Assembly: GCF_000181795.1 (NCBI RefSeq)
Contig: NW_003526941.1
Span: 5,002,035 to 5,066,034, forward strand
Origin: Trichinella spiralis
Lineage: Eukaryota
Length of the DNA stretch: 64,000 bases
Reading direction: 5' to 3'
Of this stretch, positions 14,704 through 27,202 are shown piece by piece; the first letter of the stretch is position 1, and each line of letters opens with the position of its first letter. The notes under the pieces were generated by a model that made no database searches, was not told where the DNA came from, and saw only the letters and a program-made list of their open reading frames with translations. The translations under genes and the position numbers were made by a program.

Positions 14704-15870
14704 ATGCCTCTCACCGCTGGAGACTGTTGCAAAATGTGCTGTTCGTTGATCATTCCGGTAAGCAATCGATTCATCCCATTCATTATAATATAATTTTCAA
14801 TATTATTCACATGATAAGCTAAAATATTCTATCGTAATGATTTGATTTTCTACATACCTGAATTAATTTTTCTCGTCATTTTGACCAACTATAAATAAAA
14901 ATTTTAAACTTTTATAAGTGAAAAAAAATTCCCTTTTAAAATTACCACTGGTTACTGNNNNNNNNNNNNNNNNNNNNNNNNNNNNNNNNNNNNNNNNNNN
15001 NNNNNNNNNNNNNNNNNNNNNNNNNNNNNNNNNNNNNNNNNNNNNNNNNNNNNNNNNNNNNNNNNNNNNNNNNNNNNNNNNNNNTTACATAATTATTTAA
15101 TGTAAATTTATCGTTTATAATATAAATGTGATAATTGTTTGCACAAAGTGAAAGGGGTGAAATGTTTCATGGGCGGTCATTTTTCAAAAATCTCGTCCAT
15201 GCCAGTTTATGACGATTCGATTTGTAAATGCAATGCCGAAAGCAAACAAATGGCGGTCATACTTTCGTCTGTAGCGAAAATGTTCAATATTGAATATTTT
15301 ACAATATTGACAATTGTCCATCTGGATGGAAAATTTATTGCAGTTTGTTTGTTGTTCGTTGGCATAAATTTACAACAAACCGGTTGGTTTGTGATTTTTT
15401 CTGAGGGTAGTTTGAAAAATTATTATTAAAATTAATTTTCGTTTTTTTTTCCTCTTGTAATTAACGAACGGTTGATTTGGAAATAAGAATATTATGCAAA
15501 TTTCTGTTCGAATCTTTTCCATCCCAATTTCTTTCTTCTTGTACGAACAGGTTGACAATTCGCAAAACCGGTTTGATAGATTTTGCGACAACTTTTACCG
15601 TCGTTTGTACAAACAAGGCCGGTAATCTTTATTTTTGGGGGAAAAAAATTTTATAATCGTAAAATTCCATTTGAAACTTCTAATATGCCATTAGTATTTA
15701 TTTTGTCTTGTAAAAGAACATGAAATTATTTCTCCCACATTTTATTTCAGCCAATTGGAGTTTTCATGGAGGTGGGATGTACGGCACAGTTGGCTATCAA
15801 CATCCTGCTTACACTTCTCGGCTACATTCCCGGTTTAATTCACGCCTGTTACATAATATGCAAATATTGA
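14704..15870 (+). CDS. PMP3/UPF0057 small membrane proteolipid, 57 aa, exons 14704-14757 and 15751-15870 (copy A)
   Basis: Spliced translation MPLTAGDCCKMCCSLIIP|PIGVFMEVGCTAQLAINILLTLLGYIPGLIHACYIICKY*; GTAAG donor at 14758, TTTCAG acceptor ending 15750; family signature PPxGV...INILLTLLGYIPGxIHA. Confidence 0.92.
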
Positions 15871-16350
15871 ACGTTGCTGTACAGCGATTAACTGCCCGCA
15901 AAATATTATGACCCTTTCCACAGTTGATTCTCATCTCAGCGCGTACGTGCATATCCATTATCATATTGTTTCTTTCTTGTTTCGTTTGCTTTATCGGAAA
16001 TATCCATCTACTACTTCTCCTCTTTCGTGTTCAGCTAATTAATTAATCATGGCTTTTGCTGTTGATTTGCATGACTTTTGCGTTGCTAAATAAGAATGCC
16101 GTTCAAATTATTATTATTATTTCCAATTGACAAATTCAGATGAATTTTTCTTTTTTTTTTTATTATTACTTATTCTGATGATAACAAATGAAAGTACTGT
16201 ATTGACTTTGTTTCAATGAATAATTGATCTGTATTATATATTTCACAATTGTGCAGATTAATTAAAAATAGACAAAACAACAACAACAAAAGTTGCATAC
16301 TGTATGTACGTAAATGTATGTATTGTTTGTGAAATATGAATTGCATGCTT

Positions 16351-17784
16351 TCAGTGCATGTCCATGAAAGTGATTTCGGTGTAGAGGAGAATTTTCGACG
16401 GCAACGGTGTCGGCTGCGGTGACAGTACCGTGAACAGCTTCTTCTCCATCGACACTTCGCTAACCCATATGAAACCGGCAACGTTGGTGTTCAGGATGTC
16501 GTCGTCGGCAGTTTCGCAAAAGCTGACCGCCAGTATATGGTTGAGAAGCTCGTTCGACGGAGTGACGGGAACAATTTTCAAGCTCGTATCTTCGGCTTTC
16601 ATGCCCAACGGCATGCAAGAGTCGGGCAACATTGGGGCGCCAATTTTGAATATCAGCACGTCGGCAAAGTTCACGTCGAAAGTGTGCGGATAGTAGGGTT
16701 GCTGACTGGAGCCGTAAAAGTATTCGTGAATTCGAGCCCTTCTAGAGGCGATGCGCATTTCACGACTTCGCTCTTCCACACCGCCGGATTTCGGTTGGTG
16801 AATTACTTTCACGCACGGGGCCAAATCTCGCCTCATTTCGTTGTACAATCGTTCGTGATCCAACACAACCACCACGTCGACCTTGAACAAATAATCATTT
16901 ATAAATCAATAAACAAACAAACAAACAAACAAAGTCGTACATCCAAAGCTTCAACCGCCTTGACCAGGCAAGTATAGCCGGCGCCTTTTACCCAACCGCT
17001 GGTGTTGATCACAAAGCCGCTAGTGTTGGCCGATCGGTTTTCCGCGCAACGTTGATTCAACACTTTCGCCAACTGTTCCACCAACGTGTTGTACAAGCTG
17101 ATGTTGGCACCGGGCGAAAGGTGACCATAAGAAAAGACAATGGGCATTCGCTTGTCGAAGCCTTCAATTGGATCGGCGGATTTTTCAACGTAAAGCGCGC
17201 TCAACGTGCCCGGAACTGATATTTGGCCCTGGCCGACATCCATGTCGACGAACGTTGGCGTGCGTCCCATTCGAACCGCATAATTCAACAAAATTCGACA
17301 ATATGTACTTTTGCCAACGTCGGTGGGACCTCAAAATTGAACAAAAATGAACAACACATAAATCCTAAAACATCACACCCACCTACGACCATAATTCTCG
17401 GACCACGAATATTCTTGCGGTCTGCGTTTTGACGCATGTAATCAATAGCGGCGTGGGTATTCAAATATACAACCATAGGTGTATGCGTGGCCACGTACAA
17501 ACCCTCGGCTGGACCCGTAACATGCAACGTACAACCATGCCACGTGTATACGCCCACTCGAAGGCCCGAATCACACTGGTAAGGTTTGTTTCGCATCAAT
17601 TCAGAACCAAATATCTCGGCTATGCCGTCGATCAATTCCAACGTCACGACACCTTTAGACGCTTCAAATCTATCGTTTTAACGTTTTTAACATTCATCTT
17701 TTAAATAGAAATTCAAACATACCTCAATTCTTCATCTTCCTTCAGCTTGAAAACTTGAAGTGATGATGTTGTATTATCTGACAT
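16351..17784 (-). CDS. CLP1: Clp1 polyribonucleotide 5'-hydroxyl kinase / cleavage factor II subunit (copy A)
   Basis: Spliced [20 protein letters not shown]-loop [50 protein letters not shown]; 4 exons with GT-AG introns. Confidence 0.95.
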
Positions 17785-17973
17785 TTGCAAAACTTGTGAA
17801 TCTGAAATTGAAAAATCCTAACAATTTTTTCTAAAAAAAACACATGAATAAACCTTCAGAAAAAAACTGAAATAATATATCAGAGTTAGTAGAATCCCAC
17901 ATGGAATATCAGAACAATGATTTGTACGAAAGATATTATTTTACTTCTCTGAAATGAACGAATAGGAAACAAA

Positions 17974-18496
17974 TCAATCACTGTCAAAATCACCAGGATC
18001 CGGTGGCAACAGTGGACGCTGATTTGGCATTACCGAACAACTTGAAGCATCAGGTGGAAGCAACTGGTACACGTGACAGTTGTGAGCATGCTTGTCAAAC
18101 GCTTCCATCGGATCCAAAATGGCCAGATCATCGACATGGTCGGCCAAACTCAATGCCGAAAATGAAACTGCTTTCGACGAGCTGATCAACTTTTCCCCAC
18201 CGGTCTCAGTTCCATCGTCGACGGAATTGAAGCCGCCGGTATTGGAATTGGTCGAGCAAAATTCAATTGCCGAACGCAGCTCACCAACCAGTGGACAATT
18301 GGACAACTGCAACAACGCTGGACAGGGATAATCTTGCCGATGGAGACGAACCGCCAACAAGTCGAGTTGGTCAATCAAACAACACTGGATCCACGGCGAG
18401 CAGCACAAGAACGGCGGCACCAAGCTGGTGGGCGTGTAGCTGAAGCGTGCGCACAAATAAAGCGCCCGGTTGGTTTCACGGTCGCTGACCGCTCGT
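17974..18496 (-). CDS. 3' fragment of the SEFIR/IL-17 receptor-like gene, truncated by N-gap (copy A)
   Basis: Matches the C-terminal part of ORF 56742-58646 up to the gap at 18497. Confidence 0.85.
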
Positions 18497-19024
18497 NNNN
18501 NNNNNNCACTTATCAGCAACAGCTAACTATTCATCTATAATAATAATAATAATGAAACGATGTAAAAACAGCACAATCCAATGACAGAAATAATAAAATA
18601 AAAGACATCAATCGTGTTGTGTATAGTAGACAATTTTTACAATTGCTCAGCTGATGAATAAATGAATAAACAAAATCCAATAACTGATTCAAACAATCTA
18701 CCACTGTTGGATAATATAACTTTTCGAGTTTAAATGGATAAACTGTGTCAGAACGTCGCATTCATAAGTTCAGATTAGAAGGCGAACGTTGTCACGCGAC
18801 TCAGCAAATAGCAAAGCATAGATAGAATAAAATGCAGCTCATTGTTGCTTGAGTGAAACATCGATGATCGGTTTGATAGCCTGATTCACAGAGCAAAGTT
18901 GGAAAAAAAACCTTCCAACCGTTAGAACAAGCGGATCAGGCTTCATAGGTCATAAGTTTTGAAGACTATCTGTTCACAATATTAGCTTATGATTATCATC
19001 CATCGCTTACAGAAGCACAGCACG

Positions 19025-21525
19025 TCAGCGAAAACACAGACGACTGTAACTGTCGATGAGATTCGATGACTTTGTGAGTTCCCAAATGCGGCGCGCATAT
19101 TGAAACCTTAAAAACGTCAGTAAATCAACTGTCAAATAAACATTAATTATTCAATAATCTTACCAGCTCTTCTCGTCGACAAAAACATGAGTTGAAATTA
19201 TTTTCTTTCGAAGATAATTAATTTGTTCAATTAAATCTTTCATCAAATCATCATATTCTGGACAACGATAATCTATTGGTGAAACTGAAGAAAAACAAAA
19301 CACACATATGCACGACGTAGTAAGTAATGAATAATTACAGAACACAGCTCTGTTTTACTACCTTCAGGTTTATAACCCCGGGGTTTGATATTCGGCAATA
19401 TATATAAATTAATTTTCAGTTGTTGCTCACGATCAGCACGAAAAACATACTTCGGCATGGAGAAATCACCTAAAATATAAATATCGTTTTCTCATAATAT
19501 TAATTTCAAAAAAAAAGATCGCATTTATACAAGTGCAGTTCAACGATGTGTTTTTCGTATACTCCTTTAATAATTCTGATTTCTTCAAATATGCATCTGG
19601 CTCAAAGTCTTCTCCACGAGCTTTATTCTGAATGAACACTAAACAATTAAAAAGAAAATTCATTTATTATTAAAAAAAACCCAGTTCATCAATTATTGTT
19701 ATATTTGAAAATATTTCTTAATGCCAAGTCAGAAAATAAAAATCAATACTTATATATCAAAAAAATAGCTCAAAAAAAACACGTTCATTTACATACCAAT
19801 GTGAGGCATTCGATCTACTTTGCCGAACTGTTCAGTTAATTTGTTTGTCGGTTTCATTTCCTCTGCAGAGAGCAAGAATTTCATCAAATCAGCATCGACA
19901 AAACTTTCAAACAGCACAATAACCAAATGACAGACTTGAAGAAGAAAAGCTGCCACAGACAAAGACTAAAAATAAACTGATGTATGTAAATGTATATGCG
20001 AAAAAAAAGTAGAACCTGGATAATAAAAGTGCTGCTTAATAGTTTACCTGATTTGCAGAGCTTGTCAACATGTTCGACGCTTCACTTTTGTTTCGATATT
20101 TAGCACGCATCGAATTTCTCATGACTGCAATACTCGGTATTGGCTGTACAATGGAAAAAATATGCAATTCGCATGGCATAACAATATTAGAAAATATGCG
20201 AAACAAAAAGCCGAAACCTCAGAGTCCAAAAGTATAGTGCGATGTCGGTTGACATAAATCTGAACGCCAGCCGTCTGATACCACATCGATTCAGTCGTTT
20301 CTTTGCTAGTCGGTCGAAATTTATAACGTCTTAAACGAGTAGATAAAAATGCAAATTATGCAAATAAAGTGAAAAAAAGAGAACTAAAATTAGTATAAAA
20401 TAAATAAACAACACCTGTACATATCTGAAGAGTAGTTGCCTCCAATCATACTCATAAGTGTAGATTTCCCAACACCACGAGGCCCGATCACACCAACGAC
20501 AAAAAAATTTTTGCACTGATCGTCCAAATACTGAAACAACAAATAAAACAAAAATAACAAATTACCACACATTTGCAAACTCACATCTTCAAATTGTTCA
20601 CACCACTGCATATTTTCGGTAATCAACGGTACAGCCGCTGCAGGAGCACGCAAAAAATGACGAATTCGTTCAGTAGAAGCTGAAAAAAAACAGAACATCA
20701 AAATTGATTTTATTATAATAATTTTATTTCGTACTTTTATTTTCAGATTTGTACAATGTCCACAACTGACTAGCCGGAACGTCGCTTTCCAACATGCCAA
20801 CATTGGAACTGCCGTGAGTAGTTGGAAACTTCGGCGCCTCATAGGTCTGACGATCATACGCATGAACTACAATCTGATTTCCTGTCTGAACAATTGATGG
20901 CAAAATTGCTTCGACTGTATCATTATCCTTGGAATCCAACTTCACAGGCAACAGTTTTTTCAAAATGGAAATCGATGGTGGATTGTGGCCAGCGCTGTCA
21001 CATTTTACCTACAAATATCAATTTCTTTATATACATAAAAATTTTTTCTATAAAATATTCAAAAAGCTTTATAAATGATTGAAAAAAGCAATTTTATTTA
21101 AATTAATTAAAAATACCACTTCAATTTTATAACAAAACAGTTTTTCAATTCATTGTTTAAACTGATTTATGTTTACAAAAATCACCATAATCTCTGCTAA
21201 ACTTACTCGAAGCGCCGACTTTGTTAAAAGCACAAATGGCTTGTTTAATAAAGGATCTTCTTCTTCCTTGTTTGTTAATGGTTCGACCTAAACAATTCAC
21301 AATCAAATTTATTACACTACTATAATAATAATAATGATGATGATGAATTTTAATTCTGTCGTGTTTTCCGTTAATAATAACTATAATGTACACTTTGAAA
21401 ACGCAATATCTTAACATCTTAACATGTGAACTGAATTTTATTTCAACATTACGCACCGCAACAGCATTTGTAAAATTGCTCGAACGAAATTGCCTTCCAT
21501 GTCGCCGACCACCTCTTCGATCCAT
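19025..21525 (-). CDS. smg-9: SMG9 nonsense-mediated decay factor, multi-exon
   Basis: TTTTCAG|ATG at 21525; P-loop VVGVIGPRGVGKSTLMSMIG; YQTAGVQIYVNRHRTILLDSE; FLLQVCHLVIVL; C-terminal EKSW|FQYARRIWELTKSS..YSRL, TGA 19025-19027. All resemble SMG9. Confidence 0.88.
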
Positions 21526-23478
21526 CTGAAAATAACAAATCTCAATTACTAAAAAACATTTAACTTTATAAAATAAAATAAATTACAACTGTTTATTTAT
21601 AAATATAATTCATTAATAATTCAGATGCAAAAATATCGGAATATTGTGGATTTCTAGGTCTCAAAAACAGAATCGAACTATTGCAAAATATACATTATTT
21701 ATTATTATTTTCAGCGTAAACAAACGATAAATAAGAAAAAACACAACTTGCTGATCATAAAAACAAAAATGAAACTTCATTTCACATTTTCAAGCAACGT
21801 CAACAGTTGAAAAGACAAAGTTGATACAAACAATTGATAACATGATCGCATACCAATGAAAAACTTCAATTCCGAATTCTGTTCGGAAATCAATCATAAA
21901 TAAAAGCTTACACCATTAAATAAATAGTCAAGTAATGTTTTTCAACTTAGAACACAACCTAATTGTCTAACTTAAAAAGCTGTAACTGCACTACAGTATT
22001 ATATAAGACAATTCACGATGTTCAAAAACAATGGAAAATTCTTAAATTAATTGTATACATATAGTTGAAATTATTTTCAAAAATTCATATTTAAATATAT
22101 CATTATTTACTTGAAATTCACTATACGATAATTGTATTCATGGATTTTGCCATACAGTAACTTGAACGTTACACTTTTCTCGCATCATTAGTTCGAAAGC
22201 TGATTCTTCGCAAAAAATACTCTTAGATCAAATATAACAAAAAAGAACACAAGCTCAAATATTCAACTAAGTGTTAGAGTTAGTTATGTTAAAACATTAT
22301 CTACATTACTATTTAACAACTATTAGAACAGCATTTTCCTTACTACTGTAACAAAAAACTCAATCCATGCAGAACAATTGCTTGAATTTATACGTTGAGC
22401 TTAAACAATAAATAAAAATAACATCAACAAAAACAAAAGTATTTGAAATTCTAAATTCTACATTTAACATCACACTGAATTTCAACCATAAAAAATCTGG
22501 AATTAAACAAATGCACCATAAGAAAAGACATACATCACATAATGTTCAAAATGTAAGACAGCACATCCAGAACCTTAGTTTCTAACATATAAAAAGATCT
22601 GATGTTTAAAAAACAATGTTAACAAAACGGAAACAAAGTTTACGTAAAGAAGAAGAAATTTCAGTGGGAGCATATAACAATACATTAAAGAAAACGTCAT
22701 CAATATAAAAATGACGAGCAACAATTGCAACATATGAAAAAAAGTAAGTTTACAAAGTGATGCAATAGGAAATCATAGACCACAGACAACACTTTTCGTT
22801 AAAAATTTCAAATCCAAAATGGTCGCAAACAAAGAACACAATTTTACAAATAAAATACACATAATTGTAATGAAAAATATAACGCATGCATAAAAATTAA
22901 AAAGTCTACGAATTACAATGAACTATTTCAAATATTTAAAGCTTCAAAGTTGGGACAAGTCATTAATGATTTCAAGCCGACAAATGTGTAAAGCAAAACA
23001 CTGACTACCAACTTGAAACAATTAAAAGTTGAATTAAATATATTTTTATTACTTTATTAAGGAGACATTAACAAGGCACTCTATAATCTAATACAGACTT
23101 ATAAACAATATTTAAAATGCTTAGCATCAAAATCACAGATCACAAACAAGGGGAAAGGTAACAAATACAGTACACGCCAATACCTGGTAATCAAATAAAT
23201 ACAGTAAGTTGTATTTTAATTGAATTTCATATTTTGCAAAGTTTTTTTTTATTTATTTTCATTCTTTATAATAATTTTAATTTATAAAACATTTAGTACT
23301 TTTGATTAGAAATTACAAGTTGTTATTTTCATACTGACAGTTTTAAAATTCTGCTCGATGCAGATGCTCACATCTTTCATCAAGTTGTAATTTGTGCTTT
23401 TCCTTTTGCTGAACTGATAGAAACTTTGCTGAACTTATTTCAGGTTATAATTGGAATTTTCATGTCTGCATTTGCAAG

Positions 23479-25134
23479 ATGAACTCAGAACTTACTGCTG
23501 CCGAATTAAATAAACAGGTAAATCTTTAACTGCCACAATTATATATTAACTTTTTATCACCTATATATTTAGATTGTTCGGATGCGGAAGGTAATTGGGC
23601 AGGCTAAATTTCGTTTAAGCAATCGATTAATTCGTCGAGTAAAGAAACTTAAAAAATCCGAGTAGGTTACTTTATAGAGTTGACAGCAGTGAATTATTAA
23701 TTGTCTAGATTAATATTTTGTTTAGTTTGCCTGAAAAATTGAAACTTCGTCACGAGCGGAAAGTACAACGATTCATAGATGAGATTCAAGCTTTGAAGGT
23801 TTGCATTAATGATAATATACTTTCAGATGTGTAGTGCATTTGACAGCAAACTGTGGTTAATTTTATACCTCACAGATGTTGTCTGGAACACTTTCCTATA
23901 TACTGATGCGAGATTAAAATGAAAGCAAAAATTATAGTTCTTTATGTAAAGTTAATAAGTTTAATTTCCTCACTGACAAGTTTGTTCGTTCACCAGTTGT
24001 AAATTATTATTCACTTCCACATTGTTCTTGTAGAGAATAAAGCCAGACGACGCCAGCAAATTTGCATTGGTGAATACGAAATTATTGAGCGAGTTTAAAA
24101 TTGATGTACTTAATTTGTTGTTTAAAGTGAATTTTATCACCGTTGTGACACAGTTTGTTTTTTTTGTTTAAGAAAAATACTTCAGCTCGTGACCGTGCAT
24201 TGTACAAATTGGTAACTGTGAATGTCCTTGTTGAATATGTTGACGAATTTCGAGAAAAATTTCCCAACTGGCATATGGAAGTGCCTTTTCATTTACAGCG
24301 ACTTGGATTGCAATACAAATTGAAAAAACAAGCAAACCCGAACTTTGTAACGCTTGGAAAGAAATCGACAAACGAGAAAACAACAAATGATGATACTGTC
24401 TCAAAAGCTGGTAATTGGACGACTTTTAATAATCAACACTTTGGTTTGTTTATTAATGAATTAAATTTATAGAAGATGAAGAAGAGCGTGAGAAAGATGA
24501 AAGTGGTATATTTTCACAAATTCCTGTAAGCGACGTACCATTATCTGAAAGAATGAGGGCACAAAGGAAAAAAGAGTTGAAAGCGAAATGGAAACATGAA
24601 GCACCAGCTCCTTCGAAACCAAATGCAGACGCTGTAATAGAGAGGATTTTTATTAGAAATGAAAAAATGGCAGAAGAAAGTGATGAAGACGCAAATGAAC
24701 CATTGCTAAGCGTTGCTAATGTGAAAGATGCTGATCGTTCGAATCAGTCTGATTTCAGTGAAGGCAGTGATGAAGATTCTGAAGAATTGGATGACTTTTT
24801 TGTAATTGATAAGTCCAATTCTAAGACATCTTTGTCTAATATTGCAAAAGGACTATCCTCTGCAGAGAATTTATTCAGCGGTGGTACTTTTACCAAAAAT
24901 GATGCATCTGATGTAATGTTAAAGCCTAAAGCGAAGTTTGTATATGCCACCACTTTTGAAAAATTTAACCTTATCAAATGTACATTTTTAAGGTTACAGA
25001 AAGAAACATTGATACATCGAGGGACAGAAGAAAAGAAAAGTATACATCCTTCGTGGGAAGCAGCTAGAAGGAAGAAAAAGCTTGAGAGTTTTCATGCAAA
25101 ACCAATGGGTAAAAAGCTGAAATTTGATACTTGA
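23479..25134 (+). CDS. SRFBP1: Serum response factor-binding protein 1 / BUD22-family ribosome biogenesis factor
   Basis: N-terminus LNKQ|IVRMRKVI..LIRRVKKLK..DEIQALK|RIKPDDASKFAL and C-terminal BUD22 motif IHPSWEAARRKK...GKKLKFD*. Confidence 0.88.
23823..23906 (+). ncRNA. Candidate intronic pre-miRNA-like hairpin
   Basis: Hand-folded stem TCAG/CTGA, TGTGTAG/CTATATA, GACAGCA/TGTTGTC, CTGTG/CACAG inside SRFBP1 intron 23799-24033. Confidence 0.4.
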
Positions 25135-25453
25135 TTTTACGAAAACAAATCTCTGTCTATATGCTACTCTGATGTTATATTCCGTAAAAATTTGAAAAAT
25201 AAATTTGTCAAAAACAATACTGATGTTCTTCACATACAGTATGACTTGCTTGCTGAACGACTGTAACTACGAGCAATAATAAGAATATGCAAACAAGATA
25301 GTTGCAAATCGAAATACCATACTGGTTGAACAGTTTATTTTAATAACAACAGTATTTTAATATTAAAGCTATGCTTGTAATTTACCGTATATACGCAATT
25401 AATCTTAGTTGTTATTTAGAATGAAATCCATTTAGTAATTAAAGGTAAACAGC

Positions 25454-25525
25454 GGCCTGTTGGTCTAGTGGTATGATTCTCGCTTAGGGTGCGAGAGGTC
25501 CCGGGTTCAATTCCCGGACAGGCCC
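25454..25525 (+). tRNA. tRNA-Pro(AGG)
   Basis: GGCCTGTTGGTCTAGTGG..CTCGCTT-AGG-GTGCGAG..GGTTCAATTCC..ACAGGCCC; 72 nt cloverleaf, A/B boxes, followed by TTTT. Confidence 0.97.
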
Positions 25526-26028
25526 GTTTTGTCTGAACTTTTATTCCCTAGTAGAATAATTTATTTATAATGATGTACACGTAATTTTGCCCCATGAAAA
25601 TTTTTTTCTGTCGAATAAAAAGCAATTTCCACAAATCAAAATTTCAGCTTCTCAGATTTGAAATGCGCTAACTTAAAACGATAAAAAAAAATAACTCTTC
25701 CTATTTAAAACAGCAGACTGCCTGAAAATATAGAAATACGAGAAGGCTGCACAAATAGTAAGAGAACATATTCAATTTATGGTTATCAAAACCAAAAAAA
25801 ATACTTGAAAAGTTTCGCATGAAGGTACTGAACTGTTGTCAACTAGTGGAATAAATGATCCATCAGTGTTAAGTAATATTATTTTTAAAAAAGTAACAGA
25901 TTTACTCTTTTGAAAAAATTATGCGGAAAGAATTGGAATATTTCGTGGAAAATTCTGAAAGTAAAAGCCAGTAACAGTTTGCTAACGTGACGAAAAGTAC
26001 ATAAACAAGTTCGAAGAGATAAAAAGTA

Positions 26029-26100
26029 GGGCCTGTCCGGGAATTGAACCCGGGACCTCTCGCACCCAAAGCGAGAATCATACCACTAGACCAACAGGCC
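26029..26100 (-). tRNA. tRNA-Pro(TGG)
   Basis: Same 72-nt body with anticodon loop TT-TGG-GT; TTTTT terminator downstream. Confidence 0.97.
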
Positions 26101-26593
26101 ACCTGCTGATCAATAGGTTCAAAAGCAAATTGTAAAAAAAAAATAATTCAAAATATTCAAACTTTATCTATCAGATAAATTCAATTTTCAGAATTCAATA
26201 ATAAAAAGTTTCTCAAATGTGCAAATCTAATCAAACATCGATCAGTGGATTCAAAAAACAAATACGTATATAATTTTAAAACGCACCTTGCTATCACAAA
26301 TCACAATAATTCTCAAGCATGTGCATATTTTTACTTAAAAATTTACATTTTTATAATCTAAGAAATTAAAATAAAATTTAATAAATACTTCAACAAATAC
26401 TGCATGTTAACTTTCGTTGCAAGTCAGTAACAAGTCTTTCGTTTAGTTAAAGTTAGAAGGAAATTACTAAGGTTGTATATTTATGGATTTTTAATTTTTT
26501 TTTCTCGTTTGGCTTTTGGCAATTTTCCATCTACTGCTTTTCTCCACTGAAGAGTATGAATTTAAAAATGTTTCCGAGTGGGAAAAGAGAAAC

Positions 26594-26665
26594 GGGCCTG
26601 TCCGGGAATTGAACCCGGGACCTCTCGCACCCTAAGCGAGAATCATACCACTAGACCAACAGGCC
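26594..26665 (-). tRNA. tRNA-Pro(AGG)
   Basis: Reverse complement of the 25454-25525 gene, with different flanks. Confidence 0.97.
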
Positions 26666-27202
26666 ACACAGTATGAGTTCGTCGTATTATTATTTATAAT
26701 AGAATCACATCTTTCACACTTTTTGCTTAATAAAAAGAAGAATAAACATATTACATTATCATCATCTACTTGAAAAAACTGCTTCATAATTGAAATTTCA
26801 AAGCATATATAAAAACAACATCAATAAATTACACAGATTTTTTTCATTCGACTATATTGTTTGGCAAAAATAATTTTCAAAACATTCACCATACAAATAA
26901 AGCACGACAACAGATACGTCCTATTAGCTCAGCCATCAATGTTGGTTGGCGTTTATCATAATAAGCAACGCATGTTCCCCCTGACCTAGTTTAGCAAGAT
27001 ATTCAAACAGTTGTGTATAAACAATAAGCAAAGTTTGAGAAGAAGCAATGCCCACCTGTATACGCATTTATGTATGCATAAGTGAGAATCATCTGAAGTA
27101 ATAAAATAGTTTCCACTAATAAAATGAAAATTCAATAATGATGCAATGATCAAATGAAAATTGTGCAAACCAATGACTGAACAATCAGACGANNNNNNNN
27201 NN

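Larger units (their letters stand above)
315..18496 (+). repeat. Copy A of ~18 kb near-identical direct duplication (copy B ~39215-57264)
   Basis: Co-linear identity, e.g. ORF 747-1988 = 39647-40888 and 16351-16890 = 55123-55662. Copy A contains N-gaps (6040-6172, 8408-8607, 14958-15084), is degraded next to them and at 1-315, and stops at the 10-N gap 18497-18506. Confidence 0.97.
24737..27192 (+). repeat. Copy A of 2.46 kb tandem duplication (SRFBP1 3' end + 3 tRNA-Pro)
   Basis: Repeated at 27203-29663 directly across a 10-N gap, with few SNPs and small indels. Confidence 0.95.
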
